Below, piece by piece: positions 8,877-18,814 of a stretch of DNA of 64,000 nt. The DNA is from an uncultured Alphaproteobacteria bacterium (GTDB lineage Bacteria; Pseudomonadota; Alphaproteobacteria; RF32; CAG-239): NCBI GenBank assembly GCA_944393715.1, contig CALYBB010000038.1, positions 15,325-79,324 on the forward strand, in the 5' to 3' direction. Positions within the stretch are counted from its first letter, which is position 1; each line of letters starts with the position of its first letter. The translations under genes and the position numbers were made by a program. The notes beneath the pieces were generated by a model. That model was not told the origin of the DNA, did not search any database, and saw only the letters and a list, made by a program, of their open reading frames with translations.

Positions 8877-9943
8877 AAAATCTTATCGGCTTATCAAAAG
8901 ACGAACTGGTTGCCGAGCTTGAACATCTTGGCGAGAAGCCTTTTCGCGCCAAGCAATTGTGGCAGTGGATTTATTTTAGGGGCGAAAACGACTTTGACAA
9001 GATGAGCAATTTGTCGAAAGAGTTGCGAGCCAAACTCAAAGAAAACTATACCTTGCAACGACCAAAAATCGTTGCCGAACAGATATCTAAAGACAAAACC
9101 CATAAATGGCTTTTGGAGTTTGATGACGGACAACGAATCGAAACGGTTTATATTCCGGAAGAAGACCGTGGCGCGGTTTGCATCTCGACGCAGGTTGGTT
9201 GTGCGGTCGGATGCAAGTTTTGTCATACCGGAAGCCAAAAAATTACCCGTAACCTGATTGCCGGCGAAATTGTCGCACAATTTATGGTGGCGCGCGACGC
9301 TTATGGCGAATGGCCCTCCCCCACCAATGAAACCCGCTATTTATCCAATATCGTGGTAATGGGTATGGGCGAGCCGCTGCATAATAAAGAAGAAACCTTT
9401 AAAGCACTCAAAATATTATCCGACGGCGACGGAATCGCCATATCTAAGAGGCGAATTACATTGTCAACCTCGGGAATTGTGCCGAATATTGAGGCGGTGG
9501 CGTCAGAACTCGGGGTTAAGCTTGCGATCAGCCTGCATGCATCGAATAATGAAAAACGCTCGCAGATTATGCCTATTAACAAGCGTTATCCGATTGAAAA
9601 AGTGTTGGAAGCCTGCCAAAAATATCAGAATATTATGGGCATGAGCCGAATGATCACTTTTGAATATCTGATGCTTAAGGACTTTAATGACGCACCGGAA
9701 GACGCCAAAGAGCTGATTACCCTAATGAAAAAATTTAACCTCGGCGCCAAATTTAATTTGATTCCATTCAATCCTTGGCCGGGGTGTCATTTTGAGCCAA
9801 GTTCCAATAACAGAGTTCATGCTTTTGCGCGGATTTTAGAGGCTGCCGGTTATGAGGCTCCAATACGCGTGGCGCGTGGGCAAGATATATTGGCCGCCTG
9901 CGGTCAGCTTAAATCAAAAAAACAAGATGAAAATCCCGCTTAA
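8864..9943 (+). CDS. rlmN: Dual-specificity RNA methyltransferase RlmN (radical SAM)
   Basis: N-terminal GEKPFRAKQLWQW and CxxxCxxC as CAVGCKFC. Alternative start at 8873. Confidence 0.9.
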   Translation: MQTMKNLIGLSKDELVAELEHLGEKPFRAKQLWQWIYFRGENDFDKMSNLSKELRAKLKENYTLQRPKIVAEQISKDKTHKWLLEFDDGQRIETVYIPEEDRGAVCISTQVGCAVGCKFCHTGSQKITRNLIAGEIVAQFMVARDAYGEWPSPTNETRYLSNIVVMGMGEPLHNKEETFKALKILSDGDGIAISKRRITLSTSGIVPNIEAVASELGVKLAISLHASNNEKRSQIMPINKRYPIEKVLEACQKYQNIMGMSRMITFEYLMLKDFNDAPEDAKELITLMKKFNLGAKFNLIPFNPWPGCHFEPSSNNRVHAFARILEAAGYEAPIRVARGQDILAACGQLKSKKQDENPA

Positions 9944-10290
9944 AAAGCGTTCGGAATATGTTTTACTTTTAACGGAAACTTTACCAAAATTGCGTCAAAC
10001 CGAATATCAAAGTCGGTATATTCGGGATGATGCGCCCAAAAGACTTCGGCTGCACGACGAATCCGTTCTTGTTGAGCAGGCTTGACGGCATAGGCGGCTT
10101 CGGTCAATGTCTGGCGTTTCTTGACTTCAACAAAGACTAGGGTCGTTTTGTTTTTGACAATCAAGTCAATTTCGCCGGCGCCGGTTCCGCGACCGGTAAC
10201 ATAATTGCGCGCAACCAAAGAATATCCTTTGAAGCGCAGATACTGCAAGGCTATAAATTCTGCCGTCTTTCCAGAAACCTCAGCGGCCAT
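9940..10290 (-). CDS. yraN: YraN/UPF0102 family endonuclease-like protein
   Basis: Motifs GEIDLI, VFVEVKKR and RFDAI. Sits in the rsmI-lpoA-yraN neighbourhood as in E. coli. Confidence 0.75.
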   Translation of the reverse strand: MAAEVSGKTAEFIALQYLRFKGYSLVARNYVTGRGTGAGEIDLIVKNKTTLVFVEVKKRQTLTEAAYAVKPAQQERIRRAAEVFWAHHPEYTDFDIRFDAILVKFPLKVKHIPNAF

Positions 10291-11110
10291 TTTTCAGCTC
10301 CAGCGCGGCTTGATAAACCTCGTTTTTGTTTAAGCCGTATTTTTCCGTTATTTTTTGAACCGCGGTTTTAAGAGAGCCTTTTTGGAGTTCGACAGCAAGC
10401 TCCGCTTGATAGTCAACAGTTTCTTTTTCTTCCGGCGGCGCAACTAAAAGCACAATCTCTCCTTTGGGCGGATTGGCGGCGTAATATTCTGCCAATTCAG
10501 CCGCCGTTCCGGCACGGCATTCTTCATAAAGTTTGGTTATTTCTCGGGCAACAGCCATTTCACGGCGGCCAAAAATGTCAGCGGCAGTAGACAGGGTTTT
10601 CAACAACCGATTGGCGGTTTCATAAAAAATCAGCGTAGCTTCAACATCTTTGTATCGGCTTAAAGTTTCTTTGCGAGCTTTGTCTTTGTTGGGAATAAAA
10701 CCGGCAAACAAAAATTTATCGCTCGGCAGACCGGACAACTGCAAAGCACAAATTGCCGCACAGGATCCGGGGACTGTTGTCAGATAAACATTTTGCTTTC
10801 GGCATAAACGAACTAGTTTGTATCCCGGATCAGAAATAAGGGGCGAGCCGGCGTCGGATATATAAGCAACTATGTTGCCGGCTAAGGCCAAATCAATGAC
10901 TTTTTGCGCTGTTTCTTCTTCGTTATGATCATGCATTATGACAAAAATCTTGCCACTGCTTGAAATAGCCAAAAGAGACAATAATTTTTTAGCAATGCGT
11001 GAGTCTTCACAAGCAATAACGGCGGCATTTTTTAAAACTTCCAATGCCCTAAGCGAAATATCTCCCATGTTGCCAATCGGGGAGGCAACAAGATAAATCC
11101 CGTTTTTCAT
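10280..11110 (-). CDS. rsmI: 16S rRNA (cytidine1402-2'-O)-methyltransferase
   Basis: Tetrapyrrole-methylase fold with N-terminal LYLVASPIGNMGDISLRALEVL. Confidence 0.85.
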   Translation of the reverse strand: MKNGIYLVASPIGNMGDISLRALEVLKNAAVIACEDSRIAKKLLSLLAISSSGKIFVIMHDHNEEETAQKVIDLALAGNIVAYISDAGSPLISDPGYKLVRLCRKQNVYLTTVPGSCAAICALQLSGLPSDKFLFAGFIPNKDKARKETLSRYKDVEATLIFYETANRLLKTLSTAADIFGRREMAVAREITKLYEECRAGTAAELAEYYAANPPKGEIVLLVAPPEEKETVDYQAELAVELQKGSLKTAVQKITEKYGLNKNEVYQAALELKNGR

Positions 11111-11189
11111 AAAGACCTCTCTTTACATTAAATATTTTTTAAGCTAAAACCGATTATAAGATTGTTTTCTATTTTAGGATAAAAAGCAA

Positions 11190-12653
11190 GTGTTAAAAAA
11201 ATTTTGTTTTGCAATTATGAGCCTGCTGGTCGTTTCTTGCAGCTCAACCGACGTCATAAAAGACGAAGGCGGCGCGGACAGTTATCAGACGGATATTGCC
11301 GAGATTGGCATATCAACGGCAGAGAGTTTTCGCGTTGGCATGCTGTTGCCGCTTACGGGAAAAGATGCCCGATACGGACAAGGGCTCAAGAATGCTTCAA
11401 TGCTTGCACTGAATGATATCAACAATCCAAATTTGGTTTTGCAATATTATGATACTGCCAGCACACCTTCTGGCGCTCGAACGGCTGTTGAAAATGCTAT
11501 TAATCAACGTTCTGATTTGATTATAGGTCCACTTAAAAGCCTTGAAGTTCAGGCTATTGCTAATGAAACAATTTACCGCGGCGTTCCGGTTATTGCTTTT
11601 TCTACTTCTCAGGAAGTTTTGCAACCGACAATCTATACGCTCGGTTTGTTGATTGATGAACAGGTTGATCGAATTATGACTTATGCCGCAGGACAAGATC
11701 GTAAAAGATTTGCGCTGTTGTTGCCGGATAACGGAACGGGGGCGGCCGTGGCTCGTGCGGCCGTTAAATCTGCTCAAAAAAACGGCGTTGAAGTTACTGT
11801 TATCGGTTTTTATCCGCCGGGAGCATCCGATTTTTCGGCTATTGCCAAACAAATGACAAATTACGGGCACAGGCACGCCAGAGTTGCGCGACTGAAGAAT
11901 CAGCTGCAAGCCAAAGCAAACGGCGGTGATGCGGCGGCAAGACAAAACCTGAAAAAGTTATCAACTCGTGAAGGGCTCGGCGATATTGGGTTTGATGCCC
12001 TGATCATACCGGAAAGCGGCGCTAAGTTGACGGCGGCTATTTCTATGTTTGCTTATTATGATGCTGCCTATCCGCAGGTTCAGTTTTTGGGAACTTCTAT
12101 ATGGGAAAGCGGCAGACTAAACAACGAAGCAGCCATTAATAAAAGTCTGTATCCTGCTGTTACCAGACCTTTAGCCGGACAGTTTGCCGGACAATATTAC
12201 ACTGTTTTTGGCGAAAAACCGAGCAGCCTTTTTACATTGGCTTATGATGCGATAGTTATTGCCAATCGTCTGGCACAAATAAGAAGCGAAAACTTGAATA
12301 ATGATATTGCCGCAGAATCCGGATTTGGCGGCATTAACGGGCGTGTTAGATTTTTTGCGGATGGTTCCAGTCAACATTCGCTTGATGTTGTTGAGATTCG
12401 CGCTGACGGTAATGTTGTTGTGGACAGCGGAGAAAAATATTTTGAAACTGTCGCCGAACCTCTGCCGCCGGTAATGATAGATGAATATTACCGTGCACCC
12501 CGTATTTTGGGCAAAGATGTTTCTTTGGCTCAGGTTATGATCTACGGACAAGTGTTGCCGGAAGAAAATTCTTATCATGCCGGTTTTGACAATGCTGCCG
12601 ATGATGCCGCCGTGAACCAGCAACTCCGCGCAATGGGCATTTATATAAATTGA
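11190..12653 (+). CDS. lpoA: LpoA-like penicillin-binding-protein activator lipoprotein with a periplasmic-binding-protein domain
   Basis: Lipobox LVVSC|SS. LivK-like periplasmic binding domain. Conserved position divergent from rsmI and next to yraN, as for E. coli yraM/lpoA. Confidence 0.55.
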   Translation: MLKKFCFAIMSLLVVSCSSTDVIKDEGGADSYQTDIAEIGISTAESFRVGMLLPLTGKDARYGQGLKNASMLALNDINNPNLVLQYYDTASTPSGARTAVENAINQRSDLIIGPLKSLEVQAIANETIYRGVPVIAFSTSQEVLQPTIYTLGLLIDEQVDRIMTYAAGQDRKRFALLLPDNGTGAAVARAAVKSAQKNGVEVTVIGFYPPGASDFSAIAKQMTNYGHRHARVARLKNQLQAKANGGDAAARQNLKKLSTREGLGDIGFDALIIPESGAKLTAAISMFAYYDAAYPQVQFLGTSIWESGRLNNEAAINKSLYPAVTRPLAGQFAGQYYTVFGEKPSSLFTLAYDAIVIANRLAQIRSENLNNDIAAESGFGGINGRVRFFADGSSQHSLDVVEIRADGNVVVDSGEKYFETVAEPLPPVMIDEYYRAPRILGKDVSLAQVMIYGQVLPEENSYHAGFDNAADDAAVNQQLRAMGIYIN

Positions 12654-12705
12654 TTCAAAAAGCAAATTGTGCTTGAAATCAAGGCGGCTTTTTGTTAAGT
12701 ATGGC

Positions 12706-12800
12706 TATTGGAGGAGGACGGGTCAGCGTTTCGCCAACTCGGTCAGGTTCGGAAGAAAGCAGCCGTAACGAAGTTTGCTGAGGTCGTTTCTTCTCCGCTT
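12706..12800 (+). ncRNA. ffs: Signal recognition particle 4.5S RNA
   Basis: Conserved domain-IV sequence ggtcaggttcggaagaaagcagcc. The 5' and 3' ends pair (ggaggaggacg / cgtttcttctcc), followed by a T-run. Located immediately upstream of dnaX in the conserved ffs-dnaX-ybaB-recR arrangement. Confidence 0.65.
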
Positions 12801-12823
12801 TTTGTTTTTGATAACAGGAAAAT

Positions 12824-14539
12824 TTGATGGCTGAAGAAGATAAGCAAGATTATGTCGTTTTAGCGCGCAAGTACCGCCCGCAGAATTTTAATGAACTGCT
12901 GGGACAGGATGCTTTGGTTAGAACGATTACTAATGCCATTAAAAATAACCGGCTGCATCACGCTTATATCTTGACGGGAATCCGCGGTGTCGGCAAAACG
13001 ACCACTGCCCGCATTATTGCTAAGGCTCTTAATTGTACGGGAAAAGACGCAACTGCCGGTGCAACGGTTAATCCTTGCGGTATTTGCGAAAATTGCCGCG
13101 CTATTGCCGAATCGAGGCATATTGACGTATTGGAGCTTGATGCGGCTTCGCGCACCGGCGTGGATGATATTCGCGAAATTTTGGACGGTGTTCGCTACAA
13201 ACCAATCAATGCCCGTTATAAAGTCTATATCATTGATGAAATCCACATGCTTTCCAAACAGGCTTTTAATGCCTTGCTCAAAACTCTGGAAGAGCCACCG
13301 TCTCACGTCGTGTTTATCTTTGCAACGACTGAAATTCGCAAGGTTCCGGTTACCATTTTGTCGCGCTGCCAAAGATTTGATCTGCAACGGTTGTCGATAG
13401 AAACTCTTTTTAATCATTTCAAAAATATTGCCGACAAGGAAAACGTCAAAGCCGAAGACGAGGCTTTGCATCTGATTGCCCAAGCGGCTGACGGCTCTTG
13501 TCGTGACGGGTTGTCGCTTTTGGATCAAGCGATCTCACTCGGCGGCGGCGAAGTTAAAACCGATGTTGTCAAAAATATGATCGGGCTTGCTGACCGGACT
13601 TTGACCTTTGAACTATTTGAAAACTTGGTTTCTGGCAATATAGAGAAGGTTATTGCTAATTTGGATTTGCAACATAGAAACGGTGCTAATCCGCTGAATC
13701 TTTTACAAGATTTGGTTGGTATCACGCATCTTTTGGCAAAGGTTAAAATTGTGCCGGAAGCTGTTAATGATCCGGCTTTGTCTGAAAATGAAAAAGATTT
13801 TTGTTCTCGGTTGGTGCCGAAAATTTCGATCGCCGTTTTGTCGAAAATATGGCAGATGTTGATTAAGGGGCTGAGCGAGCTTAATATTGCGCCGCTGCAA
13901 GATGATGCCCTAGAAATGGTGCTTATTCGCATAGCTTATTCGGCTAGCCTTCCTTCTCCGGCGGAAATTCTGGACGGCTTAAAAAAAAACTCTGATTTGA
14001 CCGGAGCAATTGTAAAAGAGATTGCGGCACCGAGGTCTTTGGAGCAAGCGCCTTTGTCAACTTCAGGCAAAGAAAAAACGGTAGAAACCCGCGCCGATGC
14101 CCTTTGTTTTAATACACCGGAAGATTTGATTAAGTATCTGTCGGATATAAAAGAGCTTATGACGGCGTACAGCCTCAAAAATGATGTTTCGTTTGTTGAA
14201 TTTAAAAACGGTGCCATGAAAATTAATGCCTCCGATAAAATTAACAACGACTTTTTGCTTAACCTACAGCGCCTTCTGACCAAAGCTACGGGAATTTGCT
14301 GGAATATTGACATTCGGAGCGGCGTTTTGGGTGAAACAATCGCCGACAAAGAGGCCGCTAGAGATATGGAAAGCAAAAAAGACGTTATGGATCTGCCCTT
14401 GGTTAAGGCTATTTTGGCAGAATTTCATGGTGCCAGAATCGACAGCCTGACCCGCAAAGCAACGCAACAAGAAGAAAATGCCGAGGCGGCATCTTTTGAG
14501 GAAGAAAACAACTATTTTGATGAGGACAACGACGCATGA
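12824..14539 (+). CDS. dnaX: DNA polymerase III subunits tau/gamma
   Basis: AAA+ clamp-loader motifs GIRGVGKTT, DEIHML and SRC. Contains an internal A9 tract (13981-13989) at about 67% of the gene length. Confidence 0.9.
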   Translation: MMAEEDKQDYVVLARKYRPQNFNELLGQDALVRTITNAIKNNRLHHAYILTGIRGVGKTTTARIIAKALNCTGKDATAGATVNPCGICENCRAIAESRHIDVLELDAASRTGVDDIREILDGVRYKPINARYKVYIIDEIHMLSKQAFNALLKTLEEPPSHVVFIFATTEIRKVPVTILSRCQRFDLQRLSIETLFNHFKNIADKENVKAEDEALHLIAQAADGSCRDGLSLLDQAISLGGGEVKTDVVKNMIGLADRTLTFELFENLVSGNIEKVIANLDLQHRNGANPLNLLQDLVGITHLLAKVKIVPEAVNDPALSENEKDFCSRLVPKISIAVLSKIWQMLIKGLSELNIAPLQDDALEMVLIRIAYSASLPSPAEILDGLKKNSDLTGAIVKEIAAPRSLEQAPLSTSGKEKTVETRADALCFNTPEDLIKYLSDIKELMTAYSLKNDVSFVEFKNGAMKINASDKINNDFLLNLQRLLTKATGICWNIDIRSGVLGETIADKEAARDMESKKDVMDLPLVKAILAEFHGARIDSLTRKATQQEENAEAASFEEENNYFDEDNDA

Positions 14540-14856
14540 TGAATATTCAAAATTTGATGAAACAAGCGCAGATGATGCAAAAGAAAATGCGAGAAGAGCA
14601 AGCCAAGCTGGCAGAAGAGGAAGTTGAGGGATCTTCAGGCGGCGGCATGGTTAAAGTAACCTTGAACGGCAAATATGTTATGACCACACTTCATATTGAC
14701 AAAAGTCTGATTGATCCGGAAGAAGCAGAAATTTTGGAAGATTTGGTTCGCGCGGCTTATAATGATGCCAAGGAAAAAATTGATGCCAAAATGAATGACA
14801 GTTTAAGCGCTCTGACCGGAGGGCTTAATCTCGGCGGAATGAAACTGCCATTTTAA
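14536..14856 (+). CDS. ybaB: Nucleoid-associated protein YbaB/EbfC
   Basis: 106 aa with the YbaB-family pattern. 4-bp overlap with dnaX. Confidence 0.85.
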   Translation: MMNIQNLMKQAQMMQKKMREEQAKLAEEEVEGSSGGGMVKVTLNGKYVMTTLHIDKSLIDPEEAEILEDLVRAAYNDAKEKIDAKMNDSLSALTGGLNLGGMKLPF

Positions 14857-14865
14857 GAGAAAATT

Positions 14866-15459
14866 ATGGCCGGAAAAGATATTGAAATTTTAATTAAACA
14901 AATGGCTAAACTGCCGTCGCTGGGATCGCGTTCAGCCAGACGCATTGTTTTGCACCTTTTGGAAAAACGCGAATCGGCTTTTCTGCCGTTAATTGAGGCC
15001 TTAAATAATGTGGCACAGAATATCAAAACCTGTGAAATCTGTGGCAATTTTGATACCGTAAGCCCCTGCCCTATTTGTAGCTCTACCGTTCGAGATGACA
15101 GCCTGATTTGTGTGGTGCGCGATGTGGCCGATTTGTGGGCAATGGAGCGCGTATCGCTGTTTAAGGGCAAATATCATGTTCTGGGCGGTATTTTGTCGGC
15201 TATGGAGGGTGTGGTGCCGGAAGACCTGAATATTGACTCTCTAGCCAAAAGAATCGCCTCAGGAACGATAAAAGAGCTGGTGTTGGCGCTGCCGGCAACC
15301 ATCGACGGACAAATCACTTCGCATTATCTGTTATCGCGCTTTAAGGATAGCGGTGTCAAAATAACCACGCTGGCGCAGGGAATACCGATGGGCGCCGAGC
15401 TTGATTATATGGACGAAGGCACACTACAGTTGGCACTGAATTCACGCAAGGTGTTGTGA
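14866..15459 (+). CDS. recR: Recombination protein RecR
   Basis: C4 zinc finger CEICGNFDTVSPCPIC and a Toprim domain. Confidence 0.9.
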   Translation: MAGKDIEILIKQMAKLPSLGSRSARRIVLHLLEKRESAFLPLIEALNNVAQNIKTCEICGNFDTVSPCPICSSTVRDDSLICVVRDVADLWAMERVSLFKGKYHVLGGILSAMEGVVPEDLNIDSLAKRIASGTIKELVLALPATIDGQITSHYLLSRFKDSGVKITTLAQGIPMGAELDYMDEGTLQLALNSRKVL

Positions 15460-15469
15460 GGACAGGTTT

Positions 15470-15900
15470 CTTTCCTTTTTCGTCATCCTGAGCGCTGCGA
15501 AGGATTTCCTAGATTCTTCGGGACTTTTGTCCCTCAGAATGACAAAAAGAAAAGATCAGAATGACCAAAAGAAAAGATCAGAATGACGTGGAAAAAAGAA
15601 TGTTATCACTCCGTTAGGCAAGCATTCTTCCTATTTAAACATGTCACCCCTTATATTAAAAACAGTAGAAGATGCCTCAGCCTCGGCTTAAAGTCTCGGC
15701 GGCATGACAACTTAAATGTTGCGGTTATTCTGAGGAATGTATCGACGAAGAATCTATACTTAATGCGATGTTTCGCTTACGCTCAATATGATAGCAAGGA
15801 GATCCTTCGCTACGCTCAGGATGACAGTCTGGAGGCTGGGTGACAGTCTGGAGGCTGGATGACAAGGAAAGAAGAAGGATAACAAAAAGTAAGGAAAGAT
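15470..15900. repeat. Composite intergenic repeat region
   Basis: Second copy of the 62-bp TIR element (15482-15543), internally inverted relative to the 6834-6895 copy. Tandem gatcagaatgac half-sites, the shared motifs ctatttaaacatgtcacccc and attaaaaacagtagaagatgcctcagcctc, and a tandem ggctggRtgacag duplication. Confidence 0.7.
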
Positions 15901-15940
15901 ATCAGTAGTCGTAAAAAATACGACAAGTGAAGCTTAAAAT

Positions 15941-16648
15941 TTATTCAACACTATCTATCAGGCGGTCAAGATCGTCGCGCTCAGATTGCTGATACCCTTC
16001 TTCTAAACTTTCTTTGAGCTTTTTGGTCTGCGTTTTGACGGCTTTTTTGATCTTTGGCTGTGCCAGTCGTTCGAACAAATCGTCTGTATCGTTTTTATCA
16101 GAAGTTTCGGTTTCTTCCTCCGTCTTTTTGTCTTCATCGCTCAGAGATTTGGTCTTTTCCTTAATCAAATCCAGTGTTTCTTGCGGGATCAGCTCTTCGA
16201 GCGGTTTGGCAAAAGATCCGGCTAATTGGTAATATTTTGACTCACGCAAAACGTCGGACTGTTTATCTTCCGGCACAATCCAGCTAACCATAATGTTAAA
16301 CAAAATAACCAGCAAAAAGGCTCGCATCACGCCGAAAAACAACCCCAATAAACGATCTAGACCGTTGAGCTTGCTGGTGCGGATTTTGCCGATAATCTGG
16401 CTGGTTGAATAAATCCAAACCACAAAAAACAACACAAAAATTGCCAGAGCCGTCAAAATACCGGCTAAAATACCGCTGGCAACAAATTTTTTGGTAAACG
16501 GCAGGCATACTGGTAGCAGGTAAATAATTGCCGCCGTGGCTAAAACCCAGCCGACGATTGATAAGACTTCTTTAACCAGACCACGATTAAGGGCTATTAG
16601 CGCCGAAATGGCTACAATAATCAAAATAATGACATCTAAATTATTCAC
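15941..16648 (-). CDS. cvpA: CvpA-family membrane protein with an acidic C-terminal extension
   Basis: Four TM helices at the N-terminus. Position next to radA is conserved. Confidence 0.7.
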   Translation of the reverse strand: MNNLDVIILIIVAISALIALNRGLVKEVLSIVGWVLATAAIIYLLPVCLPFTKKFVASGILAGILTALAIFVLFFVVWIYSTSQIIGKIRTSKLNGLDRLLGLFFGVMRAFLLVILFNIMVSWIVPEDKQSDVLRESKYYQLAGSFAKPLEELIPQETLDLIKEKTKSLSDEDKKTEEETETSDKNDTDDLFERLAQPKIKKAVKTQTKKLKESLEEGYQQSERDDLDRLIDSVE

Positions 16649-16661
16649 CCTTGTACCCCTC

Positions 16662-18035
16662 TTAGTTAAACAGATTTATCAGCCGCTGGACATTGCCGAT
16701 TTCGTGTAAGTTCATATCTACTGAAAATTTTTTGTCAGTGGAGCGTCCTTGCGGAATAATTGCGCTGTGGAAACCAAGTTTTTTGGCTTCTTTGAGCCGC
16801 AATGACGGCTGCGCTACCGCCCTTATTTCGCCAGACAAACCAATTTCGCCAAACATAACCATATCCGCCGGTAGGGGCTTGTTGGTCAAGGAAGAAATGA
16901 CCGCCATAGCTACCGCCAAATCAGCCGCCGGTTCGGAAATGCGCAGGCCGCCGGCAATATTTAAGTAGACATCCTGTGAGCTTAAATTTAGACCGCAGCG
17001 AGCCTCTAAAACTGCCAGAACCATCGCCAGACGATTGGAATCCCAGCCGACAACCGCCCGCTTTGGGCTGGCGTAGCCGGTCGGACTAACCAGAGCCTGA
17101 ATTTCGACTAAAAGCGGCCGTGAACCTTCAATACCGGCAAAAACACAAGAACCAGATATATTTCCCTGACGTTCGGCTAAAAACAATGCCGACGGGTTGG
17201 CGACTTCGATCAAGCCTTTATCCTGCATTTCAAAGACGCCGATTTCATCGGTGGCTCCATAACGATTTTTGACGGCTCGCAAAATACGGAAATGGTGCCC
17301 TCTTTCGCCCTCAAAATATAAAACGGTATCAACCATATGCTCCAAAACCCGCGGACCTGCTATCTCTCCTTGTTTGGTAACGTGACCGACCAAAAACAGG
17401 GTAAATCCTTTGCGTTTGGCCAGTTTTATTAACTCGTAACTGCAGGCTCTGACCTGAGCGACACTGCCAGGGGTGGAATCGACCTCTTCCAGATACATGG
17501 TTTGGATGGAATCGATAACGACCATGGCGGCATTTGATTTTTCTAGTGTGGCGATAATATCTTTGATTTCCGTAGAAGCGGCCAAATTAACCGGTGACTT
17601 TTCGAGGCCCAGGCGCTTGGCTCGAATACGCACCTGACCGATGGCTTCTTCGCCGGAGATGTAATAAACTTCAGGATTTACAGGCAAATCAGCCACTTTG
17701 GTGCAAGCCTGTAAAAGCAAGGTCGACTTGCCAATTCCTGGATCGCCGCCGACCAAGATAACCGAACCAGCCACCAAACCACCGCCGCAAACACGATCAA
17801 GTTCTTTGATGCCGGTTGATAAACGATCAAGCTGTTCTTCGGCGCCGCTGAGCGGTACAAATTCTATTTCTCTTCCTTTGGTTTTACGCGGATTAAAATT
17901 GGAAAAACCACCACCGCCGACAACTTCTTCAACAATGGTATTCCATTCGCCGCAGGCATCGCATTTCCCCTGCCACTTCGGATAAACCGCGCCGCAGTCC
18001 TGACAAATATATTGTTTAATTTCCTTTTTAGCCAA
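16662..18035 (-). CDS. radA: DNA repair protein RadA/Sms
   Basis: N-terminal C4 zinc finger CQDCG...CDACGEW, RecA-like Walker A GDPGIGKST, KNRYG motif and Lon-like C-terminal domain. Confidence 0.9.
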   Translation of the reverse strand: MAKKEIKQYICQDCGAVYPKWQGKCDACGEWNTIVEEVVGGGGFSNFNPRKTKGREIEFVPLSGAEEQLDRLSTGIKELDRVCGGGLVAGSVILVGGDPGIGKSTLLLQACTKVADLPVNPEVYYISGEEAIGQVRIRAKRLGLEKSPVNLAASTEIKDIIATLEKSNAAMVVIDSIQTMYLEEVDSTPGSVAQVRACSYELIKLAKRKGFTLFLVGHVTKQGEIAGPRVLEHMVDTVLYFEGERGHHFRILRAVKNRYGATDEIGVFEMQDKGLIEVANPSALFLAERQGNISGSCVFAGIEGSRPLLVEIQALVSPTGYASPKRAVVGWDSNRLAMVLAVLEARCGLNLSSQDVYLNIAGGLRISEPAADLAVAMAVISSLTNKPLPADMVMFGEIGLSGEIRAVAQPSLRLKEAKKLGFHSAIIPQGRSTDKKFSVDMNLHEIGNVQRLINLFN

Positions 18036-18036
18036 G

Positions 18037-18801
18037 CTAGACTCCCATTTTTATGGGCCCCTGTGAACGGCCGTTGATAAACTGGACAACATATGGATTT
18101 TCGGTTTCATCCATTTCTTTGACCGTTCCCTGCCAGATGATTTCTCCTTTGTACAGCATAGCGACGCGGTCGGCTATCTTGCGGACAGAAGCCATATCAT
18201 GCGTGATGGTTAACGCCGTGGCGCCAAGCCCCTTGACCGATTCAACAATCAAATCGTTAATCACATCTGCCATAATCGGATCAAGCCCCGTGGTCGGTTC
18301 ATCAAAAAAGATGATCTCCGGCTTGGATATGATAGCGCGTGCCAAACCAACACGTTTTTGCATGCCTCCGGAAAGCTCCGCAGGCTCAAGATCAGCGACT
18401 TCAGGATCCAGCCCAACCGAGCGTAAAACTCTGATGGCTTCGTTTTTGGCATCAATCTTGGAATAGCCTTTGTTTTCCAGCAAGTCAAAAGCAACGTTTT
18501 CCCAAACGCTTAAGCTGTCAAACAAAGCCCCGCCCTGAAACAGCATGCCCATTTTTGAGTGCAAAGCTTCTTTGCCTTCTTCATCAATGCCTACAACCTC
18601 TTGCTCGTTGACCAAAATTGAGCCTTCTTCCGGAGTCAATAAACCTTGGATGCATTTAATCAGCACCGATTTTCCCGTGCCTGATCCACCGATAACCACT
18701 AGAGATTCACCTTTGTAGATATCCAGATTAAGACCGCGCAAAACTGTCTTTTTGCCAAACGATTTATAAACATTTTTAAGCTTTATTTTTATTTCCGACA
18801 T
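18037..18801 (-). CDS. mlaF: Phospholipid (Mla) ABC transporter ATP-binding protein
   Basis: Walker A GGSGTGKS, signature LSGGMQKR and Walker B IIFFDEPT. Confidence 0.75.
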   Translation of the reverse strand: MSEIKIKLKNVYKSFGKKTVLRGLNLDIYKGESLVVIGGSGTGKSVLIKCIQGLLTPEEGSILVNEQEVVGIDEEGKEALHSKMGMLFQGGALFDSLSVWENVAFDLLENKGYSKIDAKNEAIRVLRSVGLDPEVADLEPAELSGGMQKRVGLARAIISKPEIIFFDEPTTGLDPIMADVINDLIVESVKGLGATALTITHDMASVRKIADRVAMLYKGEIIWQGTVKEMDETENPYVVQFINGRSQGPIKMGV

Positions 18802-18814
18802 TGGTTCTTAATCC

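Noticed and set aside
11397-12665. Long antisense ORFs (11397..11945 -, 12171..12665 -) opposite the lpoA-like gene
   Set aside because: They are antisense to a well-supported lipoprotein gene. Composition is arbitrary (runs of R/N/S) and no motifs are present.
12860-13528. 222-aa antisense ORF inside dnaX
   Set aside because: Nested opposite a gene with unambiguous AAA+ clamp-loader motifs, and no recognisable features.
15583-15843. 86-aa ORF within the 15.5-15.9 kb repeat region
   Set aside because: It spans palindromic repeat units. It is an artefact of reading through the repeats and has no coding signature.
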